Assembly (NCBI GenBank): GCA_964466855.1
Contig: CAYXOE010000002.1
Span: 1-33,593, forward strand
Direction: 5' to 3'
Length of the DNA stretch: 33,593 nt
Source of the DNA: Candidatus Woesearchaeota archaeon
GTDB lineage: Archaea; Nanobdellota; Nanobdellia; Pacearchaeales; GW2011-AR1
Part shown: positions 1 through 8,413 of the stretch, piece after piece
Layout: each line of letters opens with the position of its first letter
Position numbering within the stretch: the stretch's first letter is position 1
Notes under the pieces: generated by a model
Databases searched by the model: none
The model's input: the letters and a program-made list of their open reading frames with translations, nothing else
What the model was told of the DNA's origin: nothing
Program-made: the position numbers and the translations under genes

Positions 1-66
1 ATTTTAATCACACGACCCGCATTTGTTGATATAATAAATAAGATTGAAAAAGATTAGACTTCACAA

Positions 67-74
67 TTAATAAA
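67..74 (+). promoter_or_regulatory. Candidate TATA box (TTAATAAA) for the flippase gene
   Basis: A/T octamer with 23 nt between it and ATG 98, the same spacing class as the other first cistrons in this window. Weak on its own in AT-rich DNA. Confidence 0.3.
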
Positions 75-97
75 AACACAAAAAACTCTATCCTGAT

Positions 98-1471
98 ATG
101 AACCTTTTTGCAAAAAATAATATCTCTTCACAAAAAGACGAAATAAAAGATATCTGGAATAGAATAAAAAATAGAGATTTTTCAGGAAATACGGGGCAAA
201 TAATAAAGAATTCTATTTTTCAATTTTCAACGCAAATAACACAAAGAATTGGTTCTTTAGTATTAACAATAATTCTTGCGAGAATTTTAATGCCAGAACT
301 TTTTGGGCTATATAACCTTGCTTTATCTACCATAATAATTTTTGCAACCCTCTCCGAATTGGGCGTAGGGCAAACTTTAATTCGATTTGTTTCCCATTAT
401 CTTGGAAGGAATAATGAGAAAGAAGCAAAATCATATTTGTATTATCTTGGGAAGATAAAATTTCTGCTTGTTTTTATATCTGCTATAGTCTTAGTAGCAT
501 CTGCAAAATTTATAGCAAATAATTATTTTCAGAAACCAATTTTTCTTGCTTTAATTGCAGGCTCTTTTTATATTATATTTTCGGGCATAGTAAGTTTTTT
601 TCAGTCAGCTTTGCAAGCATTCAATTATTTTAGGGGAATTTTTTATACTGAAATTATTTTTGAAATATCCCGAGTTATATTAATTTCACTTGCAGCAATC
701 ATTTCATTAAAATATTTTCTATTAAATGAAAATGTCTTGTTTTATATTTTTATTGCTTTTAGTATGTCTTATTTAATTGCTGCACTATTCCTAAGATTTT
801 TTTCATATAGAAAAGTCAATCCCCTATCAAAAGAAAAATCAAAATTGAATAGCGAACAAAAAAAAGAAACAATTAAATTCTTTTTATCCGCTTCGACACT
901 TGTTCTATCTGGAATATTTTTCGGTTATATAGATAAAGTTATCTTAGGACGGTTTGTAAACGCAGAATTCGTAGGATACTATTCGGCAGCATTTAACTTA
1001 GTTGGTTCTTTGTCAACCATTATAGGATTTAGTACAGTTTTGTTGCCGACTTTTAGCAGATTAAAAAAAGAACAACTTGAAAAAGGAATGGGAAAATCAA
1101 TAAGACTTACAATGCTAATAAGTTTTTTCGCATTCATAGGCATTTTATCTCTTGCTTATCCTGTTATTTGGATTATTTATGGTCCCGCATATTCCTTATC
1201 TGTAGGTATGTTAAGATTATTCTCTGTTACGCTTTTGATATTACCTTCAGTCGGAGTTTATAGTGTTTATTTTATATCAAAAGGAAAACCGCAGTTTTTA
1301 GCAATATTATTAGTAATATCAACGCTGATTAATATTGGCTTAAATTATTTTTTAATAACATATCTTCTTAGATTCGGGCAGCTTACAGCAACATATGGCG
1401 CTATTATATCTATGATTGCAAGTAATTTATTGTATCTTATCGGAATGATGATTTGGAGAAAAATAAAATAA
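98..1471 (+). CDS. Wzx/MOP-family polysaccharide (oligosaccharide) flippase
   Basis: 457-aa ORF starting at ATG 98. It has many hydrophobic helices separated by short basic loops, the size and layout of 'polysaccharide biosynthesis protein' flippases. It sits at the edge of a glycosyltransferase cluster. Confidence 0.75.
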   Translation: MNLFAKNNISSQKDEIKDIWNRIKNRDFSGNTGQIIKNSIFQFSTQITQRIGSLVLTIILARILMPELFGLYNLALSTIIIFATLSELGVGQTLIRFVSHYLGRNNEKEAKSYLYYLGKIKFLLVFISAIVLVASAKFIANNYFQKPIFLALIAGSFYIIFSGIVSFFQSALQAFNYFRGIFYTEIIFEISRVILISLAAIISLKYFLLNENVLFYIFIAFSMSYLIAALFLRFFSYRKVNPLSKEKSKLNSEQKKETIKFFLSASTLVLSGIFFGYIDKVILGRFVNAEFVGYYSAAFNLVGSLSTIIGFSTVLLPTFSRLKKEQLEKGMGKSIRLTMLISFFAFIGILSLAYPVIWIIYGPAYSLSVGMLRLFSVTLLILPSVGVYSVYFISKGKPQFLAILLVISTLINIGLNYFLITYLLRFGQLTATYGAIISMIASNLLYLIGMMIWRKIK

Positions 1472-2482
1472 TTTTCTGCTATTAACTCTCTTAAAAAGTT
1501 TAAATAATCTGTCTTTTATTAATTTCATATTAAAATAAGTTATCTTAGTGTTAGTTATCTTGCAAACTTCACTATCACTAATTTTTGCTTCGCTTTTTTC
1601 ATCTTTTCGCCTTTTTATTATTTCCGGAAGTAATTTTAATGCACTAAAAAAAGAGAAAAGGAAAATAGGGCCTCTTGTTATAGTTCCTAAAATTAATACA
1701 AAAGGCAAGGTTATTATATGACTAAAAAATAATTTAGGCTCTGTAACATATATCCAAATGAAGATAAAACGATTTTTATTCTGCATCCATGAACGTTTTT
1801 GTCTTTTAAATATATCATTGATTGTTGCATGTTCTTCATGATGCATCATACTCTTTGGTTCAAATAAAACTTCCCACCCTCTTTTTCTTGCCTTATAACC
1901 TAATGCAATATCTTCAAAATAAGCTGGCAGATATATTTCATCAAATCCCCCCAATTCTAAATACTTTTTTCTATCAAACGCTCCCGATCCCGTCCCCAAA
2001 ACTCTAATAGAATCTTTTACTTTAATATTGGGATTTCCGTAATCTGTTGATCCAACAGTTCTAAAAAAGCCAAAAATAAATTCGCTTATAGGATAAGTTG
2101 GGCCTATCCCCCCCTTTTTCCAATCGCAAAAAGGTGCGACAGCAAAAACATTCTTATCTTCAAAATGCGGAATAAGATAATCTATAAAATCTTCTTTAGC
2201 TTCCATATCATTATTTAGTAAGATTACAATATCATTTTTTGCTAATTTTACACCTTCATTAAAGCCTGCACATACTTTATTTTTTTTTAATGCTAGTATT
2301 TTTACAATTGGGAAGTTTTCTTTAACATATTGTATACTATCATCTTTGGAATTATTATCAACTAAGATAATTTCATTTTTTTTGTTATTATGTTGCGCTG
2401 CTTTTATAATAGAGGGCAAATATTTTTCTAAAATAGATTTGCCATTATAATTTAAAACAATTAAACTAACTTCTTTAGACAT
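1427..2482 (-). CDS. Family-2 glycosyltransferase (GT-A fold) with C-terminal membrane helices
   Basis: N-terminal 'SLIVLNYNGKS...IILVDNNSKDDS...VILLNNDME' is a GT2 signature. The C-terminal third is hydrophobic. ATG 2482 overlaps the upstream stop by 8 nt, and the 3' end overlaps the convergent flippase by 45 nt. Confidence 0.8.
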   Translation of the reverse strand: MSKEVSLIVLNYNGKSILEKYLPSIIKAAQHNNKKNEIILVDNNSKDDSIQYVKENFPIVKILALKKNKVCAGFNEGVKLAKNDIVILLNNDMEAKEDFIDYLIPHFEDKNVFAVAPFCDWKKGGIGPTYPISEFIFGFFRTVGSTDYGNPNIKVKDSIRVLGTGSGAFDRKKYLELGGFDEIYLPAYFEDIALGYKARKRGWEVLFEPKSMMHHEEHATINDIFKRQKRSWMQNKNRFIFIWIYVTEPKLFFSHIITLPFVLILGTITRGPIFLFSFFSALKLLPEIIKRRKDEKSEAKISDSEVCKITNTKITYFNMKLIKDRLFKLFKRVNSRKLFYFSPNHHSDKIQ

Positions 2483-3725
2483 GAATATCTTCCTTTGTAA
2501 GACTAATTACTTCAGGAAAAGGGATAATAATACAACCCCCCCTTTCCCAAAACCATCTTTCCTTTTTGAGTATTTCATCTTTATATGTCCATGCTAACAG
2601 GACCATTACATCAGTTTTATTATTTCTAAAATGTTCCGCTTCCATTATATCAACATGTGTCCCCGGCATTAATCTTCCATATCTCTCTGGAGATGAGTCA
2701 ACAATATATTCAAAGATATTTTTTCCTATATTACAATAATTAGTGAGTATAACAGATCGACCCGATGCTCCATATCCACTAATTGTTTTTCCTTCAGATT
2801 TCAGTTTTATTAAAGTCTCATAAAGTTTATTTCTATGTTCCATAACTTTCTGAGAAAAATCTGAGAGACCAGCAAATGTATGAATTCCCATTTTATATTC
2901 TTTCTCTAAAAATTCTTCTACAGAATTTGATAGAGGATATAAATTATTAGATTCTCTTGTGATATATACCCTTATTGAGCCTCCATGAATTGGAATATTT
3001 TTTATATCAAATATCTTCATACCATGTTTTTTGAAGAATTTGAGAAGAGGTTTTATAGTATAGTAAGACATATGTTCATGATATATAAAATCATATTGGA
3101 GACTTTTAACAAGTTCCAGAAAATATTGGACTTCAAAAATTAAAACCCCTTTTTCATTAAGAAGTATTTTAACCCCCCTTATAATCTCGTTCATATTATC
3201 TATATGGGCAAGGACATTATTTGCCAGAATTGCATCGGCCCTTCCATATTTTTTGACAATCTCTTTTGCAGTTTCAATATTAAAGAAATTATTTAAAACA
3301 CTAAGTCCCTTTGAAATTGCTATTGATGCTATATTTGAAGCAGGTTCAACGCCTATTGCATTAATTCCTAAACTCCTTAGCGGATCAAGTAGAACTCCAT
3401 CATTGGAACCAATTTCAACAACAAAAGAATTCTTATTTAAAAACTCTTCGGAGATTTCTTTGGCATAATCTCTAAAATGATCACTCAAGGTTTTTGTAGT
3501 TGAAGAAGTATATCTATAATCTTTGAAAAGGATCTCTTGAGGTATTATTTCACCAACCTGGACAAGTCCACATTCTTCGCAAAAAAAGAGTTGCAAAGCA
3601 AATTTTTTTTCTTTAGAAATATCTTCTTTTTTTATAAAACCCCCTGCAAGGGGCATTTGGCCTAAATCAAGGATAAGTTTTAGATTGTGATTATCACACA
3701 ACCTACATGAATCTCTTGCACTCAT
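2475..3725 (-). CDS. Zinc-ribbon NDP-hexose C-methyltransferase-like SAM methyltransferase (paralog A)
   Basis: N-terminal CRLC...CEEC zinc ribbon and SAM motif 'VVEIGSNDG'. The C-terminal 'ISGYGASGRS...VDSSPERYG' domain completes the TylCIII/TcaB9-type architecture (Methyltransf_13 + Methyltransf_14, from memory). Confidence 0.8.
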   Translation of the reverse strand: MSARDSCRLCDNHNLKLILDLGQMPLAGGFIKKEDISKEKKFALQLFFCEECGLVQVGEIIPQEILFKDYRYTSSTTKTLSDHFRDYAKEISEEFLNKNSFVVEIGSNDGVLLDPLRSLGINAIGVEPASNIASIAISKGLSVLNNFFNIETAKEIVKKYGRADAILANNVLAHIDNMNEIIRGVKILLNEKGVLIFEVQYFLELVKSLQYDFIYHEHMSYYTIKPLLKFFKKHGMKIFDIKNIPIHGGSIRVYITRESNNLYPLSNSVEEFLEKEYKMGIHTFAGLSDFSQKVMEHRNKLYETLIKLKSEGKTISGYGASGRSVILTNYCNIGKNIFEYIVDSSPERYGRLMPGTHVDIMEAEHFRNNKTDVMVLLAWTYKDEILKKERWFWERGGCIIIPFPEVISLTKEDIHV

Positions 3726-4575
3726 ATAACTCCTCCTTCATTTTACTTATCATATCTTTAATATTAGGAGGATTTATCTTTAATCTTTCTATCATCTTAG
3801 TTGGATTTAAGCTTCTATCAGTCTTTTCATTATAAGATTTAACTATATCCTTTTTGTATGAGTAGATATCATTTAATACAGTCAAAAATTCATATTTGCT
3901 AATTTTATCTGAGCAAATATTTATGATTCCAGATACATTTAATTTAATTAAGTCTATCAATATTTTTGAAAGAAAATTAGTAGAAATTCCTGAAAAATAA
4001 TAATTAGAAAACCCTTTTACCTCCCGATTTGTATTATTAAGAAACCACTCAACAAGACCCGATTTTTTGTCAGATATCTCGTGCCCAAAAATAGAAGCCC
4101 TTATTGTAAGATTATTTCCATAGGCAACTTCTCCGAATAGTTTAGACTCAGCATATATGCCTATAGGGTCTGGTTTATCTGTTTCAGAATAATCTCCCTT
4201 ATTTCCAGAAAATATTCCATCCGTACTTATCTGTATTAATTTAGATTTTTTAGAAATTATTCTTGCAATAAAATGGGGAAGAAACGAATTTATTAAAAGA
4301 AATTCTTTTTTATTATCACTTTTTTTGATAACTATACAATTAATTACAACATCCGGTTTATATTCATTAATGATATTATAAAGCCGTTCAAATCCATCAG
4401 AATCAAAATCAATATTATCATAAATATCATTTACATCAAAAAAATAATATTTTTTAATTGACTCCTTGCTTTGTCGAATAGTCCCCCTCACAGATGAAAA
4501 TATTTTAGATTTTTTAAATTTTATATAAACCTGGTATCCAAGCATCCCCATTATCCCTAAAATTAAGATCTTCAT
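3703..4575 (-). CDS. RmlD-like NAD(P)H-dependent 4-ketosugar reductase (SDR)
   Basis: 290 aa. Has an N-terminal 'KILILGIMGMLG' Rossmann motif and the 'YAESKLFGE' YxxxK catalytic motif, as in dTDP-4-dehydrorhamnose reductases. ATGA overlap with the upstream dehydratase gene. Confidence 0.75.
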   Translation of the reverse strand: MKILILGIMGMLGYQVYIKFKKSKIFSSVRGTIRQSKESIKKYYFFDVNDIYDNIDFDSDGFERLYNIINEYKPDVVINCIVIKKSDNKKEFLLINSFLPHFIARIISKKSKLIQISTDGIFSGNKGDYSETDKPDPIGIYAESKLFGEVAYGNNLTIRASIFGHEISDKKSGLVEWFLNNTNREVKGFSNYYFSGISTNFLSKILIDLIKLNVSGIINICSDKISKYEFLTVLNDIYSYKKDIVKSYNEKTDRSLNPTKMIERLKINPPNIKDMISKMKEELYECKRFM

Positions 4576-5570
4576 TTAACCCAGCCAGTAGATTTTAACA
4601 TTTCTATTATTTGTTGCCTATTTAGTTGATTGGTATTATTTGAGCCATATTCAAAAATATTTTTATTTATGATTTTTGATTCTTTGTTTTTTCCATGTTC
4701 ATAAATAATATATTTATCTTCTAATTCAATAACCCTGCCCATTTCTTCTTCAGATACTAATAGTTCATGTATTTTCTCTCCGGGCCTTATTCCTACAATT
4801 TCAATTGGATAATCTTTATTTCCGCTTATAGCTTCCCCAACAGATTTTGCAATATCCACTATATTTGCTGCAGGAATTTTTTTAACAAATATCTCCCCCC
4901 CCCTACCTTCCGAAATTGCATAAAATATCAAGTCAATTGCATCATTCAATGAAAGAAGAAATCTGGTCATAGTCGGAATTGTTATAGGCAATACTTCTCC
5001 CATTTTTGCTTTTTCTATAAAAAAAGGAATTACGCTCCCTCTGCTTCCAATTACATTCCCATACCTTACCCCCATAAATTTTGTCACTTGTTGATTATTA
5101 TTTGCTGAAATTATAATTTTTTCTTGTAGCGCCTTTGTTATGCCATAAGTATTAATCGGTTTTACCGATTTATCGGTTCCTATTTCAATGACTATTGATA
5201 CCTTATTTACAAGTGCTGCTTTTACAACATTCCTAGCACCAAGTACATTTGTCTTAACAAATTCCATAGGATTCTTTTCTGCAGGAGGCACATGTTTTAG
5301 GGCGGCAGCATGAATTATAATATCAATATCCCTTGTAGCTTCAGTCAATCTTGAGAGATCTCTAATATCCCCCAATTCAAATTCTAAGAACGGATATTTA
5401 TACTTATTTTGCATATGATATTGCTTATTTTCATCCCTAGAATAAATTATAATCTTCTTGGGATCGTATTTAGCAATATGTTCTATTAAATCATTTCCGA
5501 GGCTGCCTGTTCCTCCCGTTATTAAAATTTTCTTGCCTTTGATACATTTCTCTATATTTATTTGATCCAT
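4572..5570 (-). CDS. UDP-GlcNAc 4,6-dehydratase family protein (PseB/FlaA1/CapE-like short CapD-type SDR)
   Basis: 332 aa. Motifs seen: 'KKILITGGTGSLGN', 'IIIYSRDENKQ', 'HAAALKHVPPAEKNP', 'GTDKSVKPINTYGITKALQEK' and 'GGEIFVKKIP'. Tyr is retained in the YxxxK motif. Confidence 0.8.
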   Translation of the reverse strand: MDQINIEKCIKGKKILITGGTGSLGNDLIEHIAKYDPKKIIIYSRDENKQYHMQNKYKYPFLEFELGDIRDLSRLTEATRDIDIIIHAAALKHVPPAEKNPMEFVKTNVLGARNVVKAALVNKVSIVIEIGTDKSVKPINTYGITKALQEKIIISANNNQQVTKFMGVRYGNVIGSRGSVIPFFIEKAKMGEVLPITIPTMTRFLLSLNDAIDLIFYAISEGRGGEIFVKKIPAANIVDIAKSVGEAISGNKDYPIEIVGIRPGEKIHELLVSEEEMGRVIELEDKYIIYEHGKNKESKIINKNIFEYGSNNTNQLNRQQIIEMLKSTGWVK

Positions 5571-5653
5571 TCTAATTCTAGATTTTTATGCTTTGTACAA
5601 AAAATTTTAATTTATAAGCTTTTATACATTTTCTTATAAAATATTCTGATTAA

Positions 5654-6460
5654 TTATACGGCAATATAATTTTCATTTGTAATCTTTTCAATTTTGTATC
5701 TTAGAGGTAATATAATTTCTTTTATATGCTCCAGAAAATCTTCATTCCATGCTTCAAAAATAATTTTAGGATGAAATTTTTTAAGGGTTTTAATTGCACC
5801 CTTTAATACCTCTGCCTCTGCCCCCTCAACATCAATTTTTATTAAATCAATGCGATTTAATTTTAAATCTTTGATAATTTTATCTAAGGTTTCAGCATCT
5901 ACTTTTATGGATTTGCTTCTCTTTTTAATAGTTGAATTTCCCCCCGTTCCAATTTCATCCAAATAAAATTCGATAGATCCCGATTTTGAAAAGCACGCTT
6001 TTTTTATTGGAATTATATTTGTTAAACCATTGATTTTTATATTCTCTTTTAATAAATTAAAATTTTCTTCCTCTGGTTCAATAGCTATCACCTGACCTTT
6101 GTTCAATAGCCTTTTTCCAAGGGGAATTGAGTACATCCCCCCATTAGCTCCAACGTCTATCGCAATACCTTCATCCAAAATCAGTCTTTTTCTGAGTACC
6201 TCTTCGCTATTAGAACTGAATCCTATTATAGAATAAAAATCATTTGCAGTATGGAAAGTTCCATATTCATTTTGTATAATAATTCCTCTATACAATTTTG
6301 CATTATTTTTGCTGCCCCGCAGATAATTAATAAAACGTATTGGTGTTTTTAGATAATATAAAATCAATATAATTCTATCATAAGGATTTTTGACTTCAAA
6401 AAATAAAATTCGAGCTGTTTTAAAATAATCTTTCATAACTTTAAATATTTGAATTTTCAT
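5654..6460 (-). CDS. FkbM-family SAM-dependent methyltransferase
   Basis: 268 aa. 'IAIDVGANGGMYSIPL' and 'IDLIKIDVEGAEAEVLKG' are the hallmark FkbM motifs. Confidence 0.8.
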   Translation of the reverse strand: MKIQIFKVMKDYFKTARILFFEVKNPYDRIILILYYLKTPIRFINYLRGSKNNAKLYRGIIIQNEYGTFHTANDFYSIIGFSSNSEEVLRKRLILDEGIAIDVGANGGMYSIPLGKRLLNKGQVIAIEPEEENFNLLKENIKINGLTNIIPIKKACFSKSGSIEFYLDEIGTGGNSTIKKRSKSIKVDAETLDKIIKDLKLNRIDLIKIDVEGAEAEVLKGAIKTLKKFHPKIIFEAWNEDFLEHIKEIILPLRYKIEKITNENYIAV

Positions 6461-6481
6461 TAGTTTATGTTTTCAATATAA

Positions 6482-6489
6482 TTTATAAA
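6482..6489. promoter_or_regulatory. Palindromic TATA box TTTATAAA shared by divergent genes
   Basis: The only TATA-like octamer in the 50-nt spacer 6461-6510. It is exactly centred, with 21 nt to ATG 6460 (minus) and 21 nt to ATG 6511 (plus). Confidence 0.5.
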
Positions 6490-6510
6490 GGTTAACTCTT
6501 TTCGGCTTTT

Positions 6511-7644
6511 ATGAAAATTGCTATGGTTACTGCAGATGTAAGAACAGAAAAAGGGAAAGGAATAGCCAATTATACTAAAGATTTGTCAGACGGACTTAGA
6601 GAATCTAGAATGGATATAACTCAATTATTTTATAATAAAGGCTCTCTGATATCAATGATAGATCTGATACCCAAATTAAAAAAATTTGATATAATTCATA
6701 TACAACACGAATATAATCTTTTTGGGAAATTTACAGGAATAAAATTTATTCCGTTTATCTTTCTTGTGAAAATTTTGACCGGAAAAAAGATAGTCATTAC
6801 AATGCATACTGTTTTATCAAAAAAAGAAAAACTTTTTCCAGATATAAAGTGGTGGACTTGGATAAAAAGAAATTTACTGTATCCTTTAGACAATAAGATA
6901 ATCTCGCATTTTTCAGATTATATAATAGTCCATACTGAATTATTGTCTGATAAATTATCTGAAGACTACCATATATCAAAGAAAAAATTAGTCATAATCC
7001 CGCAGGGTTTAAGGGATAATCTAGTTCATTTAAATAAGAATATCGAGAAGAAAAAATTAGGAATTAAAGGAAATTTATATTTAATGATTGGTAATATCGC
7101 CCCCCTAAAAGGATTTGATATTATCCTAAAGCAAGCTGACAAAATAGGAAAAACCATAATTCTCGCAGCGGATAGAAATTCAACACCAGAAGAGGGATAT
7201 ATCTTGTATCTTAGAGATATAGTAAAAAAGAATAAATTCCAAAATATTGTGAGATTTGATATTAAAGAAAACTTAAATGCAAATAATCCTCTATGGTCTT
7301 CATATTTTTCTGCTGCAGATATAGTTTTATTACCTTATAAAAATATGACCACGAGCGCGATTTTTATTAATGCTATGGAATTTTGCAAACCTGTCGTAGG
7401 ATGCAATTCAGATTATTTTAAAGAAATATTGAAAAAATATGGATGTATAAATATTGCCGACGGTGAAAAAGAATATCCTTTAATTATAAAACAAAGCATG
7501 AAAAATTTAAAATCTATGGGGCAAGAAGCAAAAAGATTTGTTAAAGAAAATAATTTCAAAATTATGGGAGATAAATATAGGAATCTCTATGAATCTTTAA
7601 AGTTTAACACTGCTTCGGTTGGCCATTACAGAATTATATCTTGA
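6511..7644 (+). CDS. Family-4 (GT-B, GT1-like) glycosyltransferase
   Basis: 377 aa with two-Rossmann GT-B layout. The C-terminal half carries the typical 'PYKNMTTSAIFINAMEFCKPVVG' (E-x7-E-like) region. The 3' end overlaps the convergent gene by 48 nt. Confidence 0.7.
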   Translation: MKIAMVTADVRTEKGKGIANYTKDLSDGLRESRMDITQLFYNKGSLISMIDLIPKLKKFDIIHIQHEYNLFGKFTGIKFIPFIFLVKILTGKKIVITMHTVLSKKEKLFPDIKWWTWIKRNLLYPLDNKIISHFSDYIIVHTELLSDKLSEDYHISKKKLVIIPQGLRDNLVHLNKNIEKKKLGIKGNLYLMIGNIAPLKGFDIILKQADKIGKTIILAADRNSTPEEGYILYLRDIVKKNKFQNIVRFDIKENLNANNPLWSSYFSAADIVLLPYKNMTTSAIFINAMEFCKPVVGCNSDYFKEILKKYGCINIADGEKEYPLIIKQSMKNLKSMGQEAKRFVKENNFKIMGDKYRNLYESLKFNTASVGHYRIIS

Positions 7645-8328
7645 AAGATAATCTTCAGCTTTTCTTAATTCTTTTTTATCATTTATAGTTAACCACACAC
7701 CATCGTAATAAAATGAGCGTATTTTACCGTCTTTAACTAATCTTCTGAAAGCATTTTCTTCAATATTACCCTCATTGAGATAGCCTCTTATTCCTTGATT
7801 AAAAACATAAATCCCCGAATTTATTAAAACATCTGGGATAGTATCTTTTTCTTGAAATCTAGTTATCCTATTTTCATTATCTATTTCAATAATACCAAAA
7901 TTTGTTCTTAATTTTACTGTAACAATTGTTGCAATTGTTCCAGACATCAAATGAGAATTTGTTAGACCATCTAACTGCAAATCAGTTATTTGGTCGCTGT
8001 TCATAGCGTAAAAATTATCACTCGGGATATTTGCCTGTTCTAATGCTGCCCTGAAAGCATCTTCTGTACCTCCTTCAGCATCATGATAAGTGTAACGAAC
8101 ATCTATCCCAAATTCTTTACCATCCTTGAGGTAATCAGTTATTTTTTCTTTTTTATATGCGACACTAATATAAACTCTTTTAACTCCATTTTTCCCAAGC
8201 CAACGAATTACTCTTTCAATTAAAGGTATCCCCCCAACAGGAACCATTGGTTTTGGAAGGGATTCTGTTTTCTCTTCTAATCTAGCCCCCTTTCCTCCAG
8301 CAATTATTACTGCATTTTCTAATATCAT
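7597..8328 (-). CDS. Sugar-1-phosphate nucleotidyltransferase (NTP_transferase family)
   Basis: 'AVIIAGGKGARLEEKTESLPKPMVPVGGIPLIERVI' is the G-x-G-x-R-L pyrophosphorylase loop. The tracked ORF begins at a TTG (8379). I prefer ATG 8328 (MILENAVIIAGG) because it puts the loop at the N-terminus and leaves a TATA-like element 22 nt upstream. Confidence 0.8.
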   Translation of the reverse strand: MILENAVIIAGGKGARLEEKTESLPKPMVPVGGIPLIERVIRWLGKNGVKRVYISVAYKKEKITDYLKDGKEFGIDVRYTYHDAEGGTEDAFRAALEQANIPSDNFYAMNSDQITDLQLDGLTNSHLMSGTIATIVTVKLRTNFGIIEIDNENRITRFQEKDTIPDVLINSGIYVFNQGIRGYLNEGNIEENAFRRLVKDGKIRSFYYDGVWLTINDKKELRKAEDYLSRYNSVMANRSSVKL

Positions 8329-8350
8329 TTCTCTTAATTTGTAAAATGTA

Positions 8351-8358
8351 TTTAAAAA
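8351..8358 (-). promoter_or_regulatory. Candidate TATA box for the nucleotidyltransferase gene
   Basis: A/T octamer (tttaaaaa on the plus strand) 22 nt upstream of ATG 8328. Confidence 0.35.
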
Positions 8359-8384
8359 TTTATATGAAATTTTTGACAATAAAT

Positions 8385-8392
8385 TTTATAAA
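8385..8392 (+). promoter_or_regulatory. Candidate TATA box TTTATAAA(GG) for the SDR gene
   Basis: 21 nt separate it from ATG 8414. The identical decamer TTTATAAAGG sits at the same distance from ATG 6511. Confidence 0.5.
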
Positions 8393-8413
8393 GGCTATAA
8401 TTTAATAAAAATC

